A stretch of 64,000 nt of DNA from Alphaproteobacteria bacterium. GTDB lineage: Bacteria; Pseudomonadota; Alphaproteobacteria; MPNO01. The stretch lies in contig OZ219866.1 of assembly GCA_964291675.2 (NCBI GenBank), forward strand, positions 3,104,001 to 3,168,000, read 5' to 3'. The translations under genes and the position numbers were made by a program. The notes under the pieces were generated by a model. It had not been told where the DNA came from and ran no database searches. It saw only the letters and a list, made by a program, of their open reading frames with translations. Within the stretch, counting starts at the first letter, position 1. Every line of letters begins with the position of its first letter. Shown in pieces: positions 12,017-19,760 of the stretch.

Positions 12017-13524
12017 GCGCCGGGACGGGGGCGGACGGCATCCGCCATCGCGGGCTGCGCTTCGAGGAGCGGCTGATCTTCGAACAGGGCGCGGAGGGGC
12101 GCACCGGCGTCGACCTGCCCGAGCCGCCGGCGCTCGCCGACCGCCTCGGCGGTCTCGCGCGCGCGACGCCGATCGGCCTGCCCGGGCTCTCCGAGCCCCA
12201 GGTGGTGCGCCACTTCACCCGGCTCAGCCAGAAGAACTACGCCATCGACAGCGGCCTCTACCCGCTCGGCTCCTGCACGATGAAGCACAACCCGAGGCTC
12301 AACGAGAAGCTCGCCAGGCTGCCCGGCTTCGCCGACATCCACCCGCTGCAGCCCGAATCCACCGTGCAGGGCGCGCTCGCCCTGATGGACCGGCTGGCCG
12401 GCTGGCTCCGGGCGCTCACCGGGATGCCGGCGATCGCGCTGTCGCCGGCGGCCGGCGCGCATGGCGAGTGGACCGGGCTGATGGTCGTCCGCTCGGCGCA
12501 CGAGGCGGCGGGCGATGCGCGGAAGCGCGTGCTGGTGCCCGATTCCGCGCACGGCACCAACCCCGCAAGCGCCGCGATGTGCGGCTACGAGGTCGCCGCG
12601 GTGCCGCTGAACGCGCGCGGGCGGGTCGATCTCGCCGCGCTCAAAGCCGCGCTCGACGACGATGTCGCGGCCTTCATGCTGACCAACCCCAATACCTGCG
12701 GCCTGTTCGAGGACGAGATCCTGGAGCAGGCCGAGGCGGTGCGCGAAGCCGGCGCCTATTTCTACGCCGACGGCGCCAATTTCAACGCCATCGTCGGCCG
12801 GGTGCGGCCCGGCGATCTCGGCATCGACTGCATGCATCTCAACCTGCACAAGACGTTCTCGACGCCGCATGGCGGCGGCGGCCCGGGCAGCGGCCCGATC
12901 GCCCTCTCCGAGGCGCTCGCGCCCTTCGCCCCGGTGCCCTATGTGGTCGGCGGGCCGGACGGCTTCCGGCTGATCGAGCACGATGCCGGGTCGGCCTTCG
13001 GGCGGGTCAAGGGCTTCCACGGCCAGATGGGCATGTTCGTCCGCGCGCTCGCCTACATCCTGAGCCACGGCATCGACGGGCTGCGCCAGGCCTCCTCGGA
13101 CGCGGTGCTCAACGCCAACTACGTCTCGGCCGGGCTAAGCGACCTGATGAGCCTGCCCTATGACGGCCCCTGCATGCACGAGGTGCTGTTCGACGATTCC
13201 TTCCTCAAGGACACCGGCGTCAGCACGCTCGACCTCGCCAAGGCGATGATCGACGAGGGCTACCACCCGGCGACCATCTACTTCCCGCTGGTGGTGCATG
13301 GCGCGCTGCTGCTGGAGCCCACCGAGACCGAGTCGCGCGAGAGCCTCGACCACCTGATCGCGACGCTGCGGGACATCGTCCGGCGCGCGCTGGCCGGCGA
13401 GGCCGATTCGTTCCACGCCGCGCCGGCGCACGCGCCGCGCCGCCGCTTCGACGAGACCGCCGCCGCGCGCCGCCCGGTGCTGCGCTGGCGCCCCCCGGAA
13501 GCGGAAGATCGGGCCGCCGAATGA
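12013..13524 (+). CDS. gcvPB: glycine dehydrogenase subunit 2
   Basis: [20 protein letters not shown]-Lys [18 protein letters not shown]. Confidence 0.96.
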   Translation: MSAGTGADGIRHRGLRFEERLIFEQGAEGRTGVDLPEPPALADRLGGLARATPIGLPGLSEPQVVRHFTRLSQKNYAIDSGLYPLGSCTMKHNPRLNEKLARLPGFADIHPLQPESTVQGALALMDRLAGWLRALTGMPAIALSPAAGAHGEWTGLMVVRSAHEAAGDARKRVLVPDSAHGTNPASAAMCGYEVAAVPLNARGRVDLAALKAALDDDVAAFMLTNPNTCGLFEDEILEQAEAVREAGAYFYADGANFNAIVGRVRPGDLGIDCMHLNLHKTFSTPHGGGGPGSGPIALSEALAPFAPVPYVVGGPDGFRLIEHDAGSAFGRVKGFHGQMGMFVRALAYILSHGIDGLRQASSDAVLNANYVSAGLSDLMSLPYDGPCMHEVLFDDSFLKDTGVSTLDLAKAMIDEGYHPATIYFPLVVHGALLLEPTETESRESLDHLIATLRDIVRRALAGEADSFHAAPAHAPRRRFDETAAARRPVLRWRPPEAEDRAAE

Positions 13525-13718
13525 GCGCGGGGGGAGAGACGGTGGAACGCGGCTTCGGGCCGGTCGGCGCCGCGCTGCGCGAGCCCGCGCTCGGCGAGCG
13601 GGCGGGCTAGGCGACAGATCGCCCGACGCGTTCCGGGCCTCCGACGGCCGCCCGGACGCATGCCGGGGGTCGATGCCGTCTCCCCGCGTCACGCCAAAAT
13701 AGTACCGTTTCGGGACAA

Positions 13719-13734
13719 TGTTTCACGTGAAACA
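13719..13734. promoter_or_regulatory. parS site (ParB-binding palindrome)
   Basis: exact TGTTTCACGTGAAACA, intergenic. Confidence 0.8.
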
Positions 13735-13777
13735 ATGGTCAGCATTGCTGACCTATCGTCAAAAGGCAAAATAGCGC

Positions 13778-13806
13778 TTGACATGGGACGCGTTTTGGGG
13801 TAGATT
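13778..13806 (+). promoter_or_regulatory. sigma70-type promoter with no same-strand gene downstream
   Basis: TTGACA-N17-TAGATT preceded by an A-rich tract. Confidence 0.6.
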
Positions 13807-13824
13807 TGCCACGCTCGCGAAATG

Positions 13825-13850
13825 GGGCGCCGGAGATGCCGGCGCCCTTT
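13825..13850. terminator. GC-rich hairpin, possible terminator
   Basis: GGGCGCCGG-AGATG-CCGGCGCCC followed by TTT. Confidence 0.4.
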
Positions 13851-13942
13851 CTCGCCGCCCGGAACTTCGCCGGGGCGCGGCGCGGGAGCCCGGCGGCGCT
13901 ACTGCGCGAAGGAACGGCCGCCCGTCGTCGTGAGTCCTCGGA

Positions 13943-16822
13943 CTATCCCGGTGCTCCGTGCGCCAGGTTGAGCGCCAGCAGCTTCGCCAGCGCGTTCTCG
14001 TCCGGGATCCCCGCATCCCAACCATAGGCCGCGGCCACGGCGGCATCGAGGGCCGCGTGGGCATCGGCGAGCCATTGCGGGCGGTCGTTGTAGAGGTTGG
14101 TCAGCGTGCGGGCCCTCAGCGCCTTCTCCGCCGCGGCGTTGCGCGGCACCGGGCGCCTCGGGTAGCCGGGAACCGGCTCGTCCACCCACCCCACCCATTC
14201 GGGCGGGTTGAGCCAGCGGTCGCGCAGCTCGACCAGCCGCCGCGCGGCCCCGGCGATGGCGACGGCGCGGGGATCGCCGGCGTAGTCGGCAGCGGGGATG
14301 TCGGGCGAGAGGCCGTCCGGGAACGGGAAGGTCTCGAAGGTGGTGGTCGGGGTGTAGCGCGGATCGTTGCCCTTGCCGAGCCACGTTCCGAGCCGGAGCG
14401 ACCACGCCTCGTGAAACCGGCTGTGCAGGATACCGAAGGTGGTGTCGTCGTCGCGGGCAATCGCGATCGCTGCACTGTCCAAGCAGACGCCGGCATCGAC
14501 CCATACGAACAGCCGGTGTTTGGAGACACGTGGCGTCGCGACAAAGCGTGGCAGACCGTCGAGCGCGCGCCACATGCCCTGTCGCGGCTCGACATGGCGC
14601 CACCAATTGACGCGGTAGGCCTCGCGGCGATTCCGTTGCCGCATCGGGTGGACGTGTTCGCGCGCGTACCGATAGGGCTCCTCGTAGAGCGCGGCCTCCG
14701 CCTCCTCCATGCGCCAGCCGAAATCGACGATCCACTTGCCGGCCGGTCTGCGGGTCAGGTCCATGCCGTTCGCCCAAGGCCTGAGCACGTCGGCGTTCGG
14801 CCGTCCGTTCGGATTGGCCGGAAGGCGCAGCCACGCCCGCGCAAGATCGCCGGGAATGTCGAACGGCCCGCCCTTGGTGTCGCCCATGAAGGCGGCCCCG
14901 ACATTCGCGGGCTGGCGCACGGCCCGCGTCAGGTCGATCCCTGCGCCGCCGCGCCTGGCCGTCAGGTCGGCGTAGATTTCGTCGACGGGCTCGCCGTCGA
15001 GCCGGACCTCGGGCGCGTGACCGTCCCCGGCGCGGGCGAAGCTCACCAGCGAGACCCGTACCGCCGCGCCGTCGATCACCCAGGGCTCGTCGCTCCAGGC
15101 GTCGAAGATCGGGTGTCCCACGGTCGCTGCCTGCAACGCCCGCCGGTTGGCACCGCCGCGGATCGAGTTGGTGGCGACCAGGCCGACCCGGTGCGCCTTG
15201 CCCGTGTCGACATGCTCCCCCGCCTTCACGAACCAGTAGCAGACCAGATCGGCTTCCGGCGGCACGCGGCGTTGGTAGGCCGCGAAGACCCGCGCAACAT
15301 AGTCCTCGCCCAGCTCACCGATCAGGAGCTTCCCGCCGAGGAAGGGCGGGTTGCCGATCACCACGTCGACCTCGGGCCAGCCGGGCTCGCTCCCGTCGGG
15401 CGCCAGGATCGCGTCGCGGCATTCGATGTTGTCGAGCGGCTTGAGGATGGGGTTGCGGGCCTCGGTGAACCCGTTGCGGCGCATCCACTGGATTTCGCCG
15501 ATCCAGACCGACACGCGGGCGAGCTCGGCGGCGTAGGCGTTGACCTCGATGCCCCGGACGTTCGCCGGGCCGGTCGCGGGAAAGCGGCGTTCAAGCCCCA
15601 AGGCCTCCGCTTCAAGCTGTACCCGGTGCTCAATGTCTTTGAGCGCGTGCAGCGCCAGATAGAGGAAGTTGCCCGAGCCGCAAGCCGGGTCGAGCACCGT
15701 GAATTCCTGCAAGCGCTTCAGGAACGCGTTCAGCAAACCTTGCGACGGGCTAATCCTCACGGGTCCTTTCCTGCGGCGTCGCGTCCTCGGCCTTGCCTTC
15801 TCCTCCTTCGCTATAGCGGCCGCGATCTCGGCCTTCGCGGTCTCCCATTCCGCCAGCAGGGGGCGGACGATCACCGGCTCGACGATCCGCATGATCTTGT
15901 CGCGGTCGGTGTAGTGCGCGCCGAGCTGGGAGCGCTTGTCGGGGTCGAGCCCGCGCTCGAACAGGGTGCCGAGGATCGACGGGTCGATCTCCGACCAGTC
16001 GAGCGCCGCCGCCCTGAGCGCCGTGTCGATCTCGTCCCGCTCCAGCGGCAGGGCGGAGTCGTCGTCGAACAGCCCGCCGTTGAACCAGGCGACCGCCTCG
16101 AACCCGATCCGCCCGCCGGACGCCATCGCCCCGAACAGGTCGCGGGCGAGGTCGGCGAATTCTCCCGGCCGCCGGCGCGCGTGTTCCAGCATCCGGGTGA
16201 ACATGTCGTCGGGCAGCAGGCCCACGTCCTCGGCGAACATGCAGAACACCAGGCGGTTCACGAAATGCGCCACCGCCTGCGGGTCGTGGCCCCGGTCGCG
16301 GAGCGATTGCGCGAGCTCGGCAAAGGTTTCCGCGGCGCGCGCGGTCACCGCCTGGCGCGTCTCGCTGGGGCGCAGCCGCTCCGGGTCGGACATCGCCCAT
16401 TTCAGCTTGTCCCGGTTGCCGGGCTCGGCGAGGCCGTCCAGCGCGAACTCGTGCGTCTCGCTCACGCTGTTGGTCCAGTTGGTGCGGATGCGAAACCGCT
16501 CCATGTCCGAGACGATCAGGAGCGGCGGGTTCTCCAGGGCCAGCGCGTATTGCCTGAGCTGGTTGAACGCCGCGTCGAGGTCGGCGAGCTTGCCCTTGTA
16601 CTCCCAGGCGAAGCGGCCCTGCCGCCAGACATCGGCCCAGCCGTCGCCGCCGGTGTCCTTGCGGGCGCCGCGCTCGAAGCAGTAGCGCTCGCCCGTGGGA
16701 TCGGCCTCCGCCGGGGTCGGCTCGCCGAGCAGCCGGCACAGGTCGATGAAGTGCTCCTGCGCCGCCGAGCTCTCCTTCAGCGCGGAGGCGCGCCACTTGG
16801 CGATGAAGTCGCCCGGCGTCAC
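13943..16822 (-). CDS. MmeI/YeeA-like Type IIL restriction-modification enzyme (nuclease + N6-adenine MTase + TRD)
   Basis: N-terminal GWADVW..AWEYK nuclease motif, FNGGLF, LGAHYT, motif I LDPACGSGNFL, motif IV GNPPF, C-terminal RYTP..FETFPFP and LTNLYN; GTG start at 16822 inferred. Confidence 0.88.
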   Translation of the reverse strand: MTPGDFIAKWRASALKESSAAQEHFIDLCRLLGEPTPAEADPTGERYCFERGARKDTGGDGWADVWRQGRFAWEYKGKLADLDAAFNQLRQYALALENPPLLIVSDMERFRIRTNWTNSVSETHEFALDGLAEPGNRDKLKWAMSDPERLRPSETRQAVTARAAETFAELAQSLRDRGHDPQAVAHFVNRLVFCMFAEDVGLLPDDMFTRMLEHARRRPGEFADLARDLFGAMASGGRIGFEAVAWFNGGLFDDDSALPLERDEIDTALRAAALDWSEIDPSILGTLFERGLDPDKRSQLGAHYTDRDKIMRIVEPVIVRPLLAEWETAKAEIAAAIAKEEKARPRTRRRRKGPVRISPSQGLLNAFLKRLQEFTVLDPACGSGNFLYLALHALKDIEHRVQLEAEALGLERRFPATGPANVRGIEVNAYAAELARVSVWIGEIQWMRRNGFTEARNPILKPLDNIECRDAILAPDGSEPGWPEVDVVIGNPPFLGGKLLIGELGEDYVARVFAAYQRRVPPEADLVCYWFVKAGEHVDTGKAHRVGLVATNSIRGGANRRALQAATVGHPIFDAWSDEPWVIDGAAVRVSLVSFARAGDGHAPEVRLDGEPVDEIYADLTARRGGAGIDLTRAVRQPANVGAAFMGDTKGGPFDIPGDLARAWLRLPANPNGRPNADVLRPWANGMDLTRRPAGKWIVDFGWRMEEAEAALYEEPYRYAREHVHPMRQRNRREAYRVNWWRHVEPRQGMWRALDGLPRFVATPRVSKHRLFVWVDAGVCLDSAAIAIARDDDTTFGILHSRFHEAWSLRLGTWLGKGNDPRYTPTTTFETFPFPDGLSPDIPAADYAGDPRAVAIAGAARRLVELRDRWLNPPEWVGWVDEPVPGYPRRPVPRNAAAEKALRARTLTNLYNDRPQWLADAHAALDAAVAAAYGWDAGIPDENALAKLLALNLAHGAPG

Positions 16823-17049
16823 GGGCGCGTCCGACCGTCGCGGCGAGGCCGGCGATCGGTGTCCCAGGTGATGCCGGGGTTTGCATTGCTCAAGCCGAGC
16901 CCCACCGTCTCGCGCTCCTGCCGTGCCGCGTGCCGCGCAAAGGGTATAGCCGGCGCCGTGATGGCTCAAACGGCCAAGCGGGGCGGATGGCTCGTCTTTG
17001 CTGATGAAATGCTGCCCGCTCGACCGCGACGCCAGGCGGGCAGGCCTGC

Positions 17050-17391
17050 TTAGTCGAAGGCGCGGAGCAAGGTGATGCGCACCGCTACTGGCCCGAGATC
17101 CGTTGCCGCTTCGACGATCCGACTCTCGGGATCGCGGGGGAAGGAGCACCGAGCATCGAACTTGAGGCCGCCCGGCCCGGCCATATGGCCCTGGACAACC
17201 TGCACCCCTTCCGGAACCGATACGACGACTTCCATGTCGAGAAGCTGCGTTTGCTCGTTCCAGCGGTAAGTGCCGTCGTAGCGTCCGCCCGCCCAATCGG
17301 CGCCGACCACTGCGCCGGTGTCTAGCGCCAGCAGAGCGAACCCGGAATCGGCCTGCCCCGCATATTCAACCTTGTAGAACCCCTCCCGCAT
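17050..17391 (-). CDS. hypothetical beta-rich protein, possibly GrlR-like
   Basis: 113 aa, MREGFYKVEY..G..VVGAD.GGRYDGTY pattern. Confidence 0.6.
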   Translation of the reverse strand: MREGFYKVEYAGQADSGFALLALDTGAVVGADWAGGRYDGTYRWNEQTQLLDMEVVVSVPEGVQVVQGHMAGPGGLKFDARCSFPRDPESRIVEAATDLGPVAVRITLLRAFD

Positions 17392-17640
17392 GGGCGCGCT
17401 TCTCCGTGAATTAGAAATGGCATTGGGCGGTGGAAGGGGCCGCGCGGCTGTTGGGTTGTCAACCAATTTCCGGTTGTCGAAGAACTCGACAAAAAGCTGT
17501 CGGACCGCGGTGCCGGTCGCCCTCATCGCGCCGCCTGATAGACGCGGCAAGGGCGCCTCGCCACGATGGAGGATCGGGTCGGCTCCATCGTCAGCGACCG
17601 GCCCGCTTCGCATACGTCGGAGAAAACAGAGGAGCAACGC

Positions 17641-18306
17641 ATGAAGGCCGTCCGCCTGTCGCGCAACCTTGTCGTGGCGATCGCATTGGTGGTCTCCCTC
17701 GGCGCCAACGTGACACTGTTCGTCGGTGGGGTGCTGTACAGCGTCGTCGATCAGCTCGTGGACCAGGCGTTCGACCTCGATACCCCGTGGGGAAAGCAGC
17801 GCAGGGCCGTGGCCGAGTTGAAAAAGGAAAACGACGGTCTGCGAACCGAGAACCGCAAGCTGCGGGGTCAACTCAAGAAAGTCGGCAAGGCCGCGGACCG
17901 GTCCCGGACCCGCCTGCTCAGATCGGCAAGTCGGAGCGTCGCGACGGCGCCGGCGAAGGCGCTGCCCTACGCCGGCGCCCTCGTCGTCGCCGGTCTCACT
18001 GCGATGGAAATCAGGGACCTTTGCGACGCCATGAGCGATATGGACCGCATCAAGCGGGTGGTCGATGACCCGGAATCAGAGACCGAGAGCGAGCCCGCCG
18101 TTTGCCCGGTGCCCGTGCCGTCGCGAGCGCGGCTCCTTGAGCGGATCGAAGGGTCCGCCCAGCAGGCATGGGACGAGAGCACGAAATACGTTCCCGATTT
18201 GCCCGGTTGGAACGACATTCCCGACTCATGGCGAGACGCTTTGCAGAACACCGTTCCCGGCTTCTTGCGGGACACTTGGGAACGCCTGAAACGCCTGTTG
18301 CCTTGA
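17641..18306 (+). CDS. hypothetical membrane-anchored coiled-coil protein
   Basis: GAGGAG RBS; N-terminal hydrophobic helix, heptad segment LKKENDGLRTENRKL, second hydrophobic helix ALPYAGALVVAGL. Confidence 0.7.
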   Translation: MKAVRLSRNLVVAIALVVSLGANVTLFVGGVLYSVVDQLVDQAFDLDTPWGKQRRAVAELKKENDGLRTENRKLRGQLKKVGKAADRSRTRLLRSASRSVATAPAKALPYAGALVVAGLTAMEIRDLCDAMSDMDRIKRVVDDPESETESEPAVCPVPVPSRARLLERIEGSAQQAWDESTKYVPDLPGWNDIPDSWRDALQNTVPGFLRDTWERLKRLLP

Positions 18307-18465
18307 TCCGTACGCGCCCCCTTGGGCTATCTGATACCCCCCGCCCCTGTACCCCCGCAGTCGAACGGCGCCATTTTGGCAACCCTCCCCGCCGGCCTTG
18401 GTGACCCGGTGGCGACTCAGGCTCCCGCCCGAGTCACCCTATTTCCCCTAACCCCTTGAAAAGCC

Positions 18466-18541
18466 TGGTGCCGGATGAGGGATTCGAACCCCCGACCTGC
18501 TGATTACAAATCAGCCGCTCTGCCGACTGAGCTAATCCGGC
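18466..18541 (-). tRNA. tRNA-Thr(TGT)
   Basis: 76-nt cloverleaf GCCGGAT..CTGA-TTTGTAA-TCAG..GGTTCGAATCC..ACCA. Confidence 0.97.
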
Positions 18542-18641
18542 GACCCGGCGACAGATAGCGCCGTCGCGGGCTGCATTCAAGCGCCGTCGCGGCTCTGCTA
18601 GGTTGCGCGCGGAGAGTTGCACGAGGCAAGGGGGAGCAGCC

Positions 18642-19751
18642 ATGGCGATCGTCGTCCGCAAGGTAGCGATGGAGCATGTCCAGGACACCGCCGGCATCGA
18701 GGCGGCGATGGCCGACGAGGGGTTCGGCGTCGACGACATCGTCGCCCTGGTCGCCAAGACCGAGGGCAATGGCGGGGTCAACGATTTCGGCCGCATCCTG
18801 GTCGACCGGATGCTGCGCGACTTCCTGGCGCGCCAGGGCAGCGGCGGGCGCGAGGCGGCGATGCGCGTGCCCATCGCGCTGTCGGGCGGGTGTCCCGGCG
18901 TCATCTCGCCGCATATCAACGTGTTCGCCCGCGTCGACGATCCCGATCCAGACCCGGAGGCCGAACGGCTGGCCATCGGCATCGCCATGTCGGAAGCCAT
19001 CGCGCCCGAGGACATCGGCCGCCCCGCCGGGGTCGAGAAGGTCGCCGGCGGCGTCCGCCTTGCGATGCGGGACGCCGGCATCGAGGATGCGTCGGACATC
19101 CACTACGTCCAGTCCAAATCCCCCCTGCTCACCACCGAGACCATCGCCGACGCCAGGTCGCGCGGGCATAGCGTGGCCACCGAGGAGACCATGGAATCGA
19201 TGTCGATCGCCAACGCCACCGCGGCGCTCGGCATCGGCTACGCGCTCGGCGAGATCCCGATGCCGCGCGAGGACCAGATCGGCCGCGATTTCGATCTCTA
19301 CTCCTCGGTCGCGTCGTGCTCCAGCGGCAACGAGCAGGTGGAGGCGCAGATCGTCGTGGTCGGCAACCGCAAGGGCGCCGGCGGGCGGTTCCGCATCGGC
19401 CATTCGGTGATGAAGGACGCGATCGACACGGACGGCATCTACGAGGCGATCCGCAGCGCCGGGCTGCCGCTCGGCGACCGGCCGCGCCCGTCGGATCTCG
19501 GCGATGCGGTGGTCAACTGCTTCGTCAAATGCGAGACCGACCCGACCGGGCGGCTGCGCGGCAGGCGGCAGGTCTCGCTCAACGATTCCGACGTCCACCA
19601 CACGCTCACGACCAAGGCGACGGTGGGCGGGGTGGTGTCCGCCGCGCTCGGCGATCCGGCGGTGTTCGTCTCGGTCGCGGCGTTGCAGCAGGGGCCGGCC
19701 GGCGGCGGCATGGTCGCCGCCATCGTCGACATGGACAAGGCGACCGCCTAG
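18642..19751 (+). CDS. ring-opening amidohydrolase, barbiturase type (AtzD/Bar family)
   Basis: KTEGNGGVND, SGG..GVISPH, QSKSPLLT, SVASCSSG, RIGHSVMKDA, FVKCE, FVSV..QGP.GGG; Asn/Lys and Ser-Val at positions where cyanuric acid hydrolases have Arg/Arg and Ser-Gly. Confidence 0.85.
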   Translation: MAIVVRKVAMEHVQDTAGIEAAMADEGFGVDDIVALVAKTEGNGGVNDFGRILVDRMLRDFLARQGSGGREAAMRVPIALSGGCPGVISPHINVFARVDDPDPDPEAERLAIGIAMSEAIAPEDIGRPAGVEKVAGGVRLAMRDAGIEDASDIHYVQSKSPLLTTETIADARSRGHSVATEETMESMSIANATAALGIGYALGEIPMPREDQIGRDFDLYSSVASCSSGNEQVEAQIVVVGNRKGAGGRFRIGHSVMKDAIDTDGIYEAIRSAGLPLGDRPRPSDLGDAVVNCFVKCETDPTGRLRGRRQVSLNDSDVHHTLTTKATVGGVVSAALGDPAVFVSVAALQQGPAGGGMVAAIVDMDKATA

Positions 19752-19760
19752 GCCGCCGCG

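Larger units (their letters stand above)
13560..18465. mobile_element. degenerate tRNA-Thr-anchored genomic islet (no integrase; left boundary uncertain)
   Basis: R-M gene plus hypothetical genes with atypical codon usage immediately 3' of tRNA-Thr; att-arm-like repeats at 18335-18440. Confidence 0.5.

Noticed and set aside
13525-13943. attR copy of the tRNA-Thr 3' end, or a CRISPR array, in this spacer
   Set aside because: No TGGTGCCGGATGAG copy seen; the palindromes differ from one another and have no repeat-spacer periodicity
16823-17296. 158-aa N-terminal extension of the R-M ORF
   Set aside because: Overlaps another minus-strand gene and is low-complexity; family-like sequence begins at VTPGDFIAKW
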